Positions 8,406-17,139 of a stretch of 63,620 nucleotides of DNA are shown here, piece after piece; position 1 is the stretch's first letter, and each line of letters begins with the position of its first letter. The notes beneath the pieces are model-generated. The model worked only from the letters and a program-made list of their open reading frames with translations, did no database searches and was not told where the DNA came from. The DNA lies in NCBI GenBank assembly GCA_046337925.1, contig JBKCZS010000101.1, forward strand, positions 1-63,620. Reading direction: 5' to 3'. Source of the DNA: a bacterium. GTDB taxonomy: Bacteria > Planctomycetota > Phycisphaerae > Phycisphaerales > SM1A02. The translations under genes were made by a program, and so were the position numbers.

Positions 8406-10472
8406 TCAGGTTCCCCATGCGGCAAGCACCGCGCTGAGGTCGGCGGCGTTCACGGTGCCGTCGTCGTTGATGTCGGCGACGACATTGCCGGTGCCCCACG
8501 CTCCGAGCACGGTCGCGAGGTCCGAGCCGTTCACCTGGCCGTCGCCGTTCACATCGGCGGGGTTCATCGGCGGCGGCGGATTGCCCTGCGAGAACACGAC
8601 TGCGGAGTACGGCCCGATGTTCACGAGCGCCGAAGCGGGCAGCCCGTCCCACGGCAAGCCGGTCGAGGCGTTCGTATCGAAGGTTCCCCAGTTCGAGAAC
8701 GACGGGTCGTAGCCGTTCCAGTCGCTGTTGAACCGCACGCGCCACATTCCACCGCGCGGCATGCCGACGCGGTAGTTGTTGATCCCGTTCTGCGAGAAGT
8801 TCATCACGATCACGACATCGTCGAGATCGCCGCCGTTCTGCCAGCGGTGGAACGCGACGACCTTCGCGCCGTTGTTCACATGGTGGAAGTTGATGTTTGC
8901 GCCCTTGAGGCCCGCGGAGACGCCATCGAGGTTGCGGCGCAGGCGGATGAGGTCCCGGTACATCGACTTGATGCCCGCGAAGGCCGTCGCCTTGTTCCAG
9001 TCGAGCGCGTCGGTGTCGCTGAACCAGCCGTCCTCGAGGAACTCCTGGCCCTGGAAGATCATCGGGATGCCGGGCGTCGCGAACACGAGCGCGGCGCCGA
9101 GCGTCGAGCGCTTCTTCGAGAACCAGCTTGCGGCGTTGCCGGGCCAGATCGCCTCTGGCAGGCGCGTGCGGCCGTTCGCCACCTCGTCATGGCTCTCGGT
9201 GTAGATCACGCGGCGGGTGTGCGAGCCGGACGCCGTGCTCACGACCGCGTCGCGGATCGCGAACATGTTGCGGTCGGAGTCGTTCGCGGTCTCCAGCACG
9301 CCGCGCACGGGATGCACGAAGCCCGGGTCCCACTGCGAGTCGAAGCCCGCGCCGCCTTCGCCCGTCGTCCGCGTGATCCAGTTGTTCGAGTCCATGTCCT
9401 CGGCAACCATGATCTTCCACGGGCTCTGCGCGTTGACCTCGTTGTTGAGCCACTGGAGCAGCGACCAGCCCTCGGGGATCTCCGGGCCCTGGAAGTCGAC
9501 GAGGCGGATGAACTTGGTGCCATCGACGCGGTGGCCGTCGAGGCGGAACTCGTCGAGCCACCACATCATGTTGTCGCGGATGTAGCTGCGCACCTCGCCG
9601 CGACCGAAGTCGGGGCGCGGGCCCCACGGCGTCGACGAGCGGGAGTCCTGGTAGAAGAAGATGCCGCCGCCGTTGTTCTGGCTCCAGCCGTCGTACTGCC
9701 AGAGGTCGAGGTCGTTCGGGCCGAAGTGGTTGTAGACCATGTCGCCGAGCACGGCGATGCCGCGGGCGTGGGCGGCGTCGACGAACGCCTTGAGGTCGTC
9801 GGGCGTTCCGTACGAACTCTCGAACGCAAACGGATGCGCCGGGTTGTAGCCCCACGAGATGTTGCCGGGGAACTCCGCGAACGGCATCAGCGCGATGGCG
9901 TTGACGCCGAGGTCCTTCAGGTAGTCGAGCTTCTCGCGGGCCTTGGTGATCGGCGCCGGCAGCGACGGGTGCTGCCCGAAGGTGCCGATGTGCAGCTCGT
10001 ACATCACCATGTCGTTGAAGCCCGGCGTCGTGTACCCGCTCGTCGTCCAGTTGTAGTTCGATGGGTTGTAGATCACCGAATTGCCGACGGAGTTCGTGAG
10101 CCGGCGCGCGCGCGCGTCGTTCTTCCAGATCGTGCCTGCGGGGCCGGTGATCACGAACTTGTACTGGCTGTTCTGGTAGGCGAATGGAACATCGACGGAC
10201 CAGAAGCCGTTGCCTTCGCTCACGAGCGGATTGGCGGTCGAGCTCCAGCCGTTGAAGGTGCCCGCGACGCGGACGGCGGTGGCGTTCGGCGCCCACACGC
10301 GGAAGGTGGTGCCCGCGGGGAGCGGCGAGAAGTACGGCACGGCGCCAACGCCGGGGCGCGACGACTGGGCAAAGGACGGAGCTGCGACGGCCGCTGCGGC
10401 GGCGAGGCCGGCGATCGCGCAGAGCGCGTAAGTCTTCGTGAACAGGGCCGTTCGGACGGTGGAGATCGTCAT
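8406..10472 (-). CDS. Secreted GH13 alpha-amylase-family enzyme (CBM48-like N-terminus, branching-enzyme-like catalytic regions) with a C-terminal dockerin-like repeat pair
   Basis: Signal peptide ...AAAAVAAPSFAQ. FRVWAPNATAVRVAGTFNGW matches CBM48/E-set. GH13 regions are GHRVDGTKF, VAEDMD and YTESHDEV. The tail is DVNGDGQVNGSDLATVLGAWG...DINDDGTVNAADLSAVLAAWG. Confidence 0.88.
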   Translation of the reverse strand: MTISTVRTALFTKTYALCAIAGLAAAAAVAAPSFAQSSRPGVGAVPYFSPLPAGTTFRVWAPNATAVRVAGTFNGWSSTANPLVSEGNGFWSVDVPFAYQNSQYKFVITGPAGTIWKNDARARRLTNSVGNSVIYNPSNYNWTTSGYTTPGFNDMVMYELHIGTFGQHPSLPAPITKAREKLDYLKDLGVNAIALMPFAEFPGNISWGYNPAHPFAFESSYGTPDDLKAFVDAAHARGIAVLGDMVYNHFGPNDLDLWQYDGWSQNNGGGIFFYQDSRSSTPWGPRPDFGRGEVRSYIRDNMMWWLDEFRLDGHRVDGTKFIRLVDFQGPEIPEGWSLLQWLNNEVNAQSPWKIMVAEDMDSNNWITRTTGEGGAGFDSQWDPGFVHPVRGVLETANDSDRNMFAIRDAVVSTASGSHTRRVIYTESHDEVANGRTRLPEAIWPGNAASWFSKKRSTLGAALVFATPGIPMIFQGQEFLEDGWFSDTDALDWNKATAFAGIKSMYRDLIRLRRNLDGVSAGLKGANINFHHVNNGAKVVAFHRWQNGGDLDDVVIVMNFSQNGINNYRVGMPRGGMWRVRFNSDWNGYDPSFSNWGTFDTNASTGLPWDGLPASALVNIGPYSAVVFSQGNPPPPMNPADVNGDGQVNGSDLATVLGAWGTGNVVADINDDGTVNAADLSAVLAAWGT

Positions 10473-10583
10473 GGCGGGTCGAGTCTACCCCGCGCTTTGT
10501 CGCAGTCGAGGGGGAATCCCGCACAAGTCGTCAGGATTTGGTTGCGTCCGCATTCATGCGTCCGCAAACGCCGCGGAGCACGC

Positions 10584-10862
10584 TCATGCTGCGAGTCGAA
10601 TGCAGACCGCGCCGAGTGCGATCGCGCCTCCCCCGAACAGGGTGGCCGCCGCGAGCACCAGCAGGCATCCGCGCGCGCCTCGCCGACCCACCGTTCGATA
10701 GCCGATACCCGTCCCGGGGATCGAGGTGTTCGTGGTGCGGCGCCCACGCGCATCGCGGCCGACGCGGAAGCCGCGCCCTCCGACAGACCAGCCCACCCCG
10801 CTCCGCGAGAGATTCACGCGGAACGGGCCGATGCCGAGCGAACGACGGAAGTACCAGCCCAT
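10584..10862 (-). CDS. DUF4236 domain protein with a C-terminal TM helix
   Basis: MGWYFRRSLGIGPFRVNLSRSGVGWSVGGRGFRVG matches the DUF4236 N-terminal pattern. SD AAGGGGGA lies upstream. Confidence 0.75.
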   Translation of the reverse strand: MGWYFRRSLGIGPFRVNLSRSGVGWSVGGRGFRVGRDARGRRTTNTSIPGTGIGYRTVGRRGARGCLLVLAAATLFGGGAIALGAVCIRLAA

Positions 10863-10883
10863 CGAGTCCCCCTTTCGCTCGGA

Positions 10884-11660
10884 TCACTTCAGCGGGCGCA
10901 CCCAGGCGTTGCGGAAGCGGATCGGGTCGCCGTGGTCCTGCAGGCCGATCGGAAGCGCCGGCTCGTGCGCCGAGTACTTGGCCTTCGCCATGTGCGCGGT
11001 CGCGCCGAGGATCGTCGAGTTGTCCTGCACCAGCACGCCGTTGAACAGCACCGTCATCGAGCCCGGCTTCTCGAGCGAGCCGTCGGACTTGAAGACCGGC
11101 GCGTGGAAGATCACGTCGTAGGTGTTCCACTCGCCGTTCGGACGGCACGGGTTCACGAGCGGCGGATACTGGCCGTACATCGCGCCTGCCATGCCGTCGA
11201 CATAGGTCTGGTTCGGGTTCGAGCCGAGGATCTGCAGCTCGTAGCGATCCATGAAGAAGAGGCCGCTGTTGCAACCGCCCTGCCCCTTGCACTCGCGGTC
11301 GGCGGGGATCATCCACTCGATGTGGAACTGGCACGAGCCGAAGCCGTCGCGCGTGCGGATGTTGCCGGCGCCGGGCTTCACCTCGAAGTAGCCGTCCTTC
11401 ACGAACCAGTCGGCGGTGCCGCCGTTGCCGGTCCACTTGTCGAGGTTCGTGCCGTCGAAGAGCACGATCGCATCGCTCGGCGCCTTGTTCGCGGGAGTCT
11501 CGACCATCGGGGGCTGCGGGCGCGACATGTCGTGCACGGCCCACTCCTGCTTCGCCGCGGGCTTGGCGTCCTGCGCGGGCGCCGCTGCGATGAGAAGCAC
11601 CGCGGGAACGGCGACGAGGGCGGTGGCGGACAGCACGGGGCAGAGCGGGCAAGAGCGCAT
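10884..11660 (-). CDS. DUF1080 (3-keto-disaccharide hydrolase-like) domain protein, secreted
   Basis: Start MRSCPLCPVLSATALVAVPAVLLIAAAPAQD with SD GGAGAA. Family-typical motifs are WFVKDGYFEV, NSGLFFMDRYELQIL and PIGLQDHGDPIRFRN. An alternative ATG exists at 11693. Confidence 0.82.
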   Translation of the reverse strand: MRSCPLCPVLSATALVAVPAVLLIAAAPAQDAKPAAKQEWAVHDMSRPQPPMVETPANKAPSDAIVLFDGTNLDKWTGNGGTADWFVKDGYFEVKPGAGNIRTRDGFGSCQFHIEWMIPADRECKGQGGCNSGLFFMDRYELQILGSNPNQTYVDGMAGAMYGQYPPLVNPCRPNGEWNTYDVIFHAPVFKSDGSLEKPGSMTVLFNGVLVQDNSTILGATAHMAKAKYSAHEPALPIGLQDHGDPIRFRNAWVRPLK

Positions 11661-11737
11661 GCGGGTTCTCCGTTTGGATTGGGCAGAGCGCATGTTGTAC
11701 CCGAGATCGCAGCGGAAGTCGCGCGTATCCTGCCTGC

Positions 11738-12169
11738 ATGAACCCGGCCGACTTCAGCGAGCACCTCGTCGTCCGCATGCCGCACACCGACGCAGCGGGC
11801 GTGATCTTCTATCCGAAGGTCTTCGAGATCGAGCAGGAGCTCTTCGAGCGCTGGCTCGAGCTCGGCGGGTTCAGTCTCCGCGACATGCTCGCTGGCCGCC
11901 TTGCCCCCACGCCGATCGTCCACTGCGAGGCCGACTATCGCCTCCCTGTCCGCGCCGGCGACAAGCTCACCGCGCAGCTCGTGGGCGTCGACATCGGCCG
12001 CAGCGGCTACACCTTCCAGTGGGCCTTTGCGCGCGGCAAGGAGCCCGCGATCAGCGCGCGCGTCAAGCGCGTGGCGATCGATCCGCGCGCGGGCGAGTCG
12101 ATCGACCTGCCGGAGGCGTTCCGCCAGTGGCTGCTCGACACGCAGTCGCGCGTGGGCGGGGTGGGGTGA
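11738..12169 (+). CDS. Hotdog-fold (4HBT) acyl-CoA thioesterase, likely 1,4-dihydroxy-2-naphthoyl-CoA hydrolase
   Basis: The 143-aa protein has the 4HBT pattern HTDAAGVIFYPKVF. It is convergent with the men operon. The functional assignment rests on context only. Confidence 0.65.
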   Translation: MNPADFSEHLVVRMPHTDAAGVIFYPKVFEIEQELFERWLELGGFSLRDMLAGRLAPTPIVHCEADYRLPVRAGDKLTAQLVGVDIGRSGYTFQWAFARGKEPAISARVKRVAIDPRAGESIDLPEAFRQWLLDTQSRVGGVG

Positions 12170-12180
12170 CGCGACGCGAG

Positions 12181-12457
12181 GGATTTTTCTCACGGAGACA
12201 CGGAGGCACGGAGATCAGGGGAAGGCGGGGGTCACTCGCGTGGAGGAGAGAGGGAGAGAAAGAGAATGAGAAAGAGAATGAGAAGGAGAGAGAAGAGAAG
12301 AGAAGAAGAATTCAACCTGCTCTCTTTCTATGCATGCTTGTGAGGCCGATGGGTGGAAGACTTGGGTTCGAGAGCTTGGGTTCGAAAGCTTGGGTTCGAG
12401 AGCTTGGGTTCGAAACCTCGGCCTCCGTGTTCTCCGTGGCTCCGTGAGAAAAATTCC
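12181..12457. repeat. MITE-like element: ~35-bp terminal inverted repeats (TTTTTCTCACGGAG.CACGGAGG) flanking a purine microsatellite and a 15-nt x4 tandem repeat
   Basis: Left arm at 12181-12214. Right arm at 12418-12457 is its near-perfect reverse complement. The core has (agaag/gagaa)n at about 12244-12310 and gcttgggttcga[g/a]a x4 at about 12358-12417. A second family member lies at 36005-36170. Confidence 0.8.
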
Positions 12458-12472
12458 GCAATCAACTCCCGC

Positions 12473-13642
12473 CTACAGCTGGGCAAATCGTTCGCCCGCG
12501 GCGAGGCGCGCGGCCAGCGCGCTGCGGCTTGGCTTCATGCGAGCGGCTTCGTCCGCCGGCATCGCGTAGAACGCGTCGGGCACGAGGTGGCGCTCGAGCG
12601 TGTCGCCGAGGATCGTCGCCAACGCGCGCGGCGGCGACGATGCGAGATCGACGAATGCGACCGGCCGCATCCCCCACTTCAGGTCGGGAAGACCGACCAC
12701 GCACGCGGCGCGCACGAACGGCAGTTCGCAGAGCGCGCGCTCGATTTGCTCAGGATGAATGTTCTTCCCGCCCGAGATGAACATCGCGTCGAGGCGACCG
12801 ACGACATGGAGGCGGCCCGCCGCGTCGAGGAAACCGGCGTCGCGCGTCGCGAGCGGGCGGGCGAGCGGCACAAGCGAATCGCGGACAAACTCGCCGCGCG
12901 CGAGCATCGGGCCGTCGACAAGGATCTCACCGCTCGCCGCGTCGATCGTGATCGACACGCCCGGAAGCGCCGCGCCCGCAAGCGTGGCGGCGTCGCCGTG
13001 CGCAAGCGCGCCGGTCGCGACCTGCGAGCAAGTCTCCGTCATTCCATAGGTCGCGAACAGCGGCACGCCGCGCGCGATCGCCGCGTCGCGCAGCGCCTGC
13101 GCGCTCGGTCCGCCGCCGAGCATCACGGCCTTGAGCGATGAGGGCACGGGCGCGCGATCCTCGAGTAGCCGCACAAGCTGCGCGGCGACGAGCGACACAT
13201 GCGTCGAGCCCTCGAGGTCGCGCCATGCGCGCGGCGGTGCGCCGAATCGCACCGCACCGCCGAGGAACCGCGCGCGCATCAGGATCATCACGCCGCCGAC
13301 ATGCGACGGCGCGAGCGACGCATGCCACAGATCGCCTGCGCCAAACGGGATGACCTGCGCGCCTGCCCGCGCGCTCGCCTCCATGGCCTCGAGCGAAAGA
13401 TCGACGAGACGCGGCTCGCCGCTCGAACCGCTCGTCGGCAGCACCACGCCCGTCGCGGGCTCGCAGCGCACGGCGTCGAGCCGTGCGAGGATCCGTGCAC
13501 GCGCGGCGGGCGGAAGCGACTTCGCAAGCGGCACGACGCGCGCCCCCTGCGCCCATGCGCGCTCGAACGCACCGCGCGGATCAACGCCGGGCTCGACCTC
13601 GACGACGATGAATCCGCCACGCCCGCCCGTGGTCACGACCAT
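12473..13642 (-). CDS. menE: o-succinylbenzoate-CoA ligase
   Basis: AMP-binding motifs are LPTSGSSGEPRLV, ATYGMTET and ISGGKNIHPEQIE. The ATG at 13642 overlaps the menC stop (ATGGTCGTGA). At 389 aa it is short for the family. Confidence 0.85.
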   Translation of the reverse strand: MVVTTGGRGGFIVVEVEPGVDPRGAFERAWAQGARVVPLAKSLPPAARARILARLDAVRCEPATGVVLPTSGSSGEPRLVDLSLEAMEASARAGAQVIPFGAGDLWHASLAPSHVGGVMILMRARFLGGAVRFGAPPRAWRDLEGSTHVSLVAAQLVRLLEDRAPVPSSLKAVMLGGGPSAQALRDAAIARGVPLFATYGMTETCSQVATGALAHGDAATLAGAALPGVSITIDAASGEILVDGPMLARGEFVRDSLVPLARPLATRDAGFLDAAGRLHVVGRLDAMFISGGKNIHPEQIERALCELPFVRAACVVGLPDLKWGMRPVAFVDLASSPPRALATILGDTLERHLVPDAFYAMPADEAARMKPSRSALAARLAAGERFAQL

Positions 13643-14628
13643 GCCTCCACGAATGGCGCGGGAAGCGGATCGCACGCGAGGAAGCCGGCGACCGGAATCG
13701 CGGGCGCGCAGGAATCCTCGGCGAGAAGCGATGCGGTTCCGAGCCCGTGCGCGCAGCGACCGTTCGGCAGCGACGCCGCGAGATGCGCGGCGAGGCGCAG
13801 CGCGTAGGAACTCTCGTACGCGGTCGAGAGCACCGCGTGCGCACCGCGCGCCTCGGCCTCGCGCGCGATCGCGCGTACGCGCGACAACGGACCGAGCGCC
13901 GACAACCGCAGCACCCACGCCGCCACGCAGTCCTCGCGCGCGAGTTCATCGCGCAGCGCGTGCGCTGCAGGCGAACCGTCGACCACCGTCTCGTCGAGCG
14001 CGACCGCGATGCCGGTGCGCGCCGAAAGCGCCGCAAGCCGCGACGGATCCTTCAGCGGATCCTCGAGGTACTCGAAGCGCTCGGCATCGAATCCATGCAC
14101 GCGCGCAACGCACTCGGCTTCGGTCAGCATGCGGTTGCCGTCGAGGCGCAGGCGCGCATCCGGCACAAGCTCGAGCACGCGGCCGATGAGCGCGCGATCG
14201 GCTTCCTCGCTGGCGCGGCCGATCTTCAGCTTCACCGTGCGATGCGCGCGCAGCATGTGCGCCGCCGCATCGTCGATCTCCTCGACGCCGCCCGAGAAGA
14301 ACGCCGCCACGGCGACGGGTCCAGAGGGGCGCGTACCGAAACCCTCCGAGGTCTCGATCGCGCACGACGCCGCGAACGCGGCGCTCGGCGGCATCGCCTC
14401 GAACTCGATCTCGCCGTCCGACCAGCGCTCGATCGCCTCGACGCTCTCGTCGAGCCCCTCGCGGTGAAGCCCGGCGAGCGGCGCACATTCGCCGAAGCCG
14501 GCATGCGGGCCGTCGGCGATGCGCAGGAACGCGATCTCGCGCGCGGCGCAGCCCACGATCCGCTGCGCCTCCGCGCGCACGGGGAGCGATACGCGCAGGA
14601 TCTCCACACCGAGCATGTCGTCGCTCAT
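13633..14628 (-). CDS. menC: o-succinylbenzoate synthase (enolase superfamily)
   Basis: KLKIG, RLDGN and YLEDP metal-ligand regions. The ATG overlaps the menA stop (ATGA). Confidence 0.85.
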   Translation of the reverse strand: MSDDMLGVEILRVSLPVRAEAQRIVGCAAREIAFLRIADGPHAGFGECAPLAGLHREGLDESVEAIERWSDGEIEFEAMPPSAAFAASCAIETSEGFGTRPSGPVAVAAFFSGGVEEIDDAAAHMLRAHRTVKLKIGRASEEADRALIGRVLELVPDARLRLDGNRMLTEAECVARVHGFDAERFEYLEDPLKDPSRLAALSARTGIAVALDETVVDGSPAAHALRDELAREDCVAAWVLRLSALGPLSRVRAIAREAEARGAHAVLSTAYESSYALRLAAHLAASLPNGRCAHGLGTASLLAEDSCAPAIPVAGFLACDPLPAPFVEAWS

Positions 14629-15521
14629 CGATTCCCCCAGTCGAACGACATGCCCGCGGCGAAGGCGATGCCGTAGAGGTAAAGCGTCGCGCCGAACATG
14701 GCGAGGTTGCGGTTGAGCGCGGCGCCGTCGCGGCCGCGCGCGATGGCGACCGACGCTGGAATCGCCACGCAGACGAGCGTCGCGAGCAGGATGCCCCGCG
14801 GCAGGCCGTAGAACTCGGCCGCGATGATCGGAAGCGCGAACGCGACCGCGTGCATCGTGCAGATCAGCGCGCGCATGAATCCCGCGCCGAAACGCACCGC
14901 GAGCGTCTTCTTGCCGTTCGCGGCGTCGCCCACGCGGTCGCGCAGGTTGTTGGTCGCAAGCAGGCAGACGGCGATCGCGCCGGGCGCGAGGCCGCAGGTG
15001 AGCGCGACCGGCGTCCACGCGCCGTCGCACGCGGCGCGCGTGCCCGCGACCGCAAGCGGTCCGAAGAAGCCGAACACGAAGAGGTCGCCGAGCCCGCGAT
15101 ACGCAAGCGACATCGGCGGCGCCGTGTATCCGACCGCGCAGATCGCACCCGCGACGCCGATCGCCGCGAACGCAGCGCCCGCGTGCCATGCGAGATACGC
15201 AGCGGGCACGGCGGCGAGCACGAGCACGAGCGCAAGCGCCACGCCCATCGCGCGCGGCGTCACGAGTCCGCTCGCCACCGCGCGCTGCGGCCCGAGCCGC
15301 TCGCCCGAGTCGGTGCCGCGCAATCCGTCGAAGAGGTCGTTCGCGAAGTTGCTCGCGATCTGCAGCAGGATCGCGCCCACGAGCGCGGCCGCGACCGGAA
15401 GCCACGCGAACACGCCGTCATGCCACGCGAGCGCGGCGCCCATCAGAACGGGGCAGAACGATGCACCGAGCGTCTTCGGGCGAAGCGCGGCGATCCATGT
15501 CCGTGCCGCCGTCGCGCTCAC
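14625..15521 (-). CDS. menA: 1,4-dihydroxy-2-naphthoate polyprenyltransferase (UbiA family)
   Basis: [14 protein letters not shown] motif and a multi-TM profile. The GTG start overlaps the menB stop (GTGA). Confidence 0.85.
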   Translation of the reverse strand: MSATAARTWIAALRPKTLGASFCPVLMGAALAWHDGVFAWLPVAAALVGAILLQIASNFANDLFDGLRGTDSGERLGPQRAVASGLVTPRAMGVALALVLVLAAVPAAYLAWHAGAAFAAIGVAGAICAVGYTAPPMSLAYRGLGDLFVFGFFGPLAVAGTRAACDGAWTPVALTCGLAPGAIAVCLLATNNLRDRVGDAANGKKTLAVRFGAGFMRALICTMHAVAFALPIIAAEFYGLPRGILLATLVCVAIPASVAIARGRDGAALNRNLAMFGATLYLYGIAFAAGMSFDWGNR

Positions 15522-16396
15522 GGCGCGAACTTCCGGAAGTCCGCCTTGCGCTTCTCGAGCTGCGCGTTCTTGCCTTCCTTCGCCTCGTCGGTCATGTAGT
15601 AGAGCATCGTGGCGATGCCGGCGAGCTCCTGGAGCCCCGCCTGGCCGTCGCAATCGGCGTTGAGCGCGGCCTTGAGCGCGCGGATCGCGGTCGGCGAGTT
15701 CGCGAGCATCTCGCGGCACCACTGCACGGTGACTTCCTCGAGCTCGGTCACGCTCACCACCGTGTTGACGAGGCCCATCTCCTTCGCTTCCTGCGCCGAA
15801 TAGCTGCGGCAGAGGAACCACATCTCGCGCGCCTTCTTCTGGCCGACGATGCGCGCCATGTAGCTTGCGCCATAGCCGCCGTCGAAGCTGCCCATGCGCG
15901 GGCCGACCTGCCCGAAACGCGCGTTTTCCGCGGCGATCGTGAGGTCGCACATCATGTGCAGCACATGCCCGCCGCCGATCGACCAGCCCGCCACCATCGC
16001 GACGACGGGCTTTGGGCAGGTGCGGATCTCGCGCTGGAACTCGAGCACATTCAGCATCTCGCTGCCGGCCTCGGAGCGGTAGCCCGAGTGGCCGCGCACG
16101 CGCTGGTCGCCGCCCGCGCAGAACGCGCGCTCGCCCTCGCCGCAGAGGATGACCGCGCCGATCTCCTTGTCGAGCTTCGCGTCAAGCAGCGCCGCGCGCA
16201 TCTCCTCGACCGTGCGCGGCGTGAACGAATTGCGCACCTCGGGGCGGTTGATCGTGATCTTCGCGATGCGCTCGGCCTTGTGGTACTTCACCTCGGCGAA
16301 GCCCTGCCCCGCCGGCGCGGGCTTCCAGTCGAGCGCAGGGCGGATCTTCTCGGTGGTCTCGGTCGTCGGCTTCGCGGTTGGGTAGGCGGTCGTCAT
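15518..16396 (-). CDS. menB: 1,4-dihydroxy-2-naphthoyl-CoA synthase (crotonase fold)
   Basis: [34 protein letters not shown] and [23 protein letters not shown]. The ATG at 16396 overlaps the menH stop. Confidence 0.93.
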   Translation of the reverse strand: MTTAYPTAKPTTETTEKIRPALDWKPAPAGQGFAEVKYHKAERIAKITINRPEVRNSFTPRTVEEMRAALLDAKLDKEIGAVILCGEGERAFCAGGDQRVRGHSGYRSEAGSEMLNVLEFQREIRTCPKPVVAMVAGWSIGGGHVLHMMCDLTIAAENARFGQVGPRMGSFDGGYGASYMARIVGQKKAREMWFLCRSYSAQEAKEMGLVNTVVSVTELEEVTVQWCREMLANSPTAIRALKAALNADCDGQAGLQELAGIATMLYYMTDEAKEGKNAQLEKRKADFRKFAP

Positions 16397-17139
16397 GGTT
16401 GGGCGCTGGGTTGGGTCGCTGGATCGGTCGGGAGGGATTCTTCGATGACGCGCGCGCAGGCCTCGGGCGCCTCGAGCGGAAGCACATGGCCTGCGCCTGC
16501 GACGAGCTCCGTGCGGAGGAGAGGCGCGAGCGCCTTTGCGCGCGCGGCGTACGCAGCATATCGCTCGTCGAGCGCGCCCGCGACGAAGGTGGTGCGCGGC
16601 GCGAGCGCAGGAATCGCGCTCCAGCGCGGGGCTCCGCGGCCGGGCGAGCACGCCGCGACGCAGCGTGCCCAGAACGCGGCCTCGCCTTGCGCGCGGCGAA
16701 GGCGTGTTGCGGAGAACGACGCATGCCGCGCGAACGGCGCGAAGATCGGGAGCCGGTACCAGCGCTCGACGAACGCGTCGAGTCCGTCGCGCAGGATCTC
16801 CGCGGCGCGCGCGTCATCGTCCGCGGCGCGGCGCGCGCGTTCGGCCTCGTCGTCGAGCCCGGGGCTTGCACCAAGCAGCACGAGCCGCGGCGCAAGATCG
16901 GGCCGCGTGGCCGCAAGCTCGAGCGCGATCCGTCCGCCCATCGAGTAGCCGACGAGCAGATCGCACGGCGCGCCCTCGAGGCGCACGGCCAGCGCGCGCG
17001 CGGCGTCCGCGACCGACGCGCAGCCGAGTTCGACGAGCGGCACGCAGTCGCAAGCGATTCCAGGCGAAAGCCGCGCAAGGACATCGGCCCAATCGGCGGG
17101 CGAACCGAGGAAGCCGTGCACGAGCGCGACGCGCGTCAT
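16393..17139 (-). CDS. menH: 2-succinyl-6-hydroxy-2,4-cyclohexadiene-1-carboxylate synthase (alpha/beta hydrolase)
   Basis: HGFLGS and [10 protein letters not shown] (GxSxG), positioned between menD and menB. Confidence 0.8.
   Translation of the reverse strand: MTRVALVHGFLGSPADWADVLARLSPGIACDCVPLVELGCASVADAARALAVRLEGAPCDLLVGYSMGGRIALELAATRPDLAPRLVLLGASPGLDDEAERARRAADDDARAAEILRDGLDAFVERWYRLPIFAPFARHASFSATRLRRAQGEAAFWARCVAACSPGRGAPRWSAIPALAPRTTFVAGALDERYAAYAARAKALAPLLRTELVAGAGHVLPLEAPEACARVIEESLPTDPATQPSAQP

Noticed and set aside
12358-12420. tRNA-like GGGTTCGA(G/A)A motifs reminiscent of a T-arm.
   Set aside because: They are four tandem 15-nt repeat units inside the MITE-like element. No acceptor, D or anticodon stems can be formed.
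12181-12457. The inverted arms of the MITE-like elements acting as bidirectional rho-independent terminators.
   Set aside because: In both orientations the T-run precedes the stem and an A-run follows it. That is the opposite of what an intrinsic terminator needs. Termination is not excluded but is not supported by the sequence.
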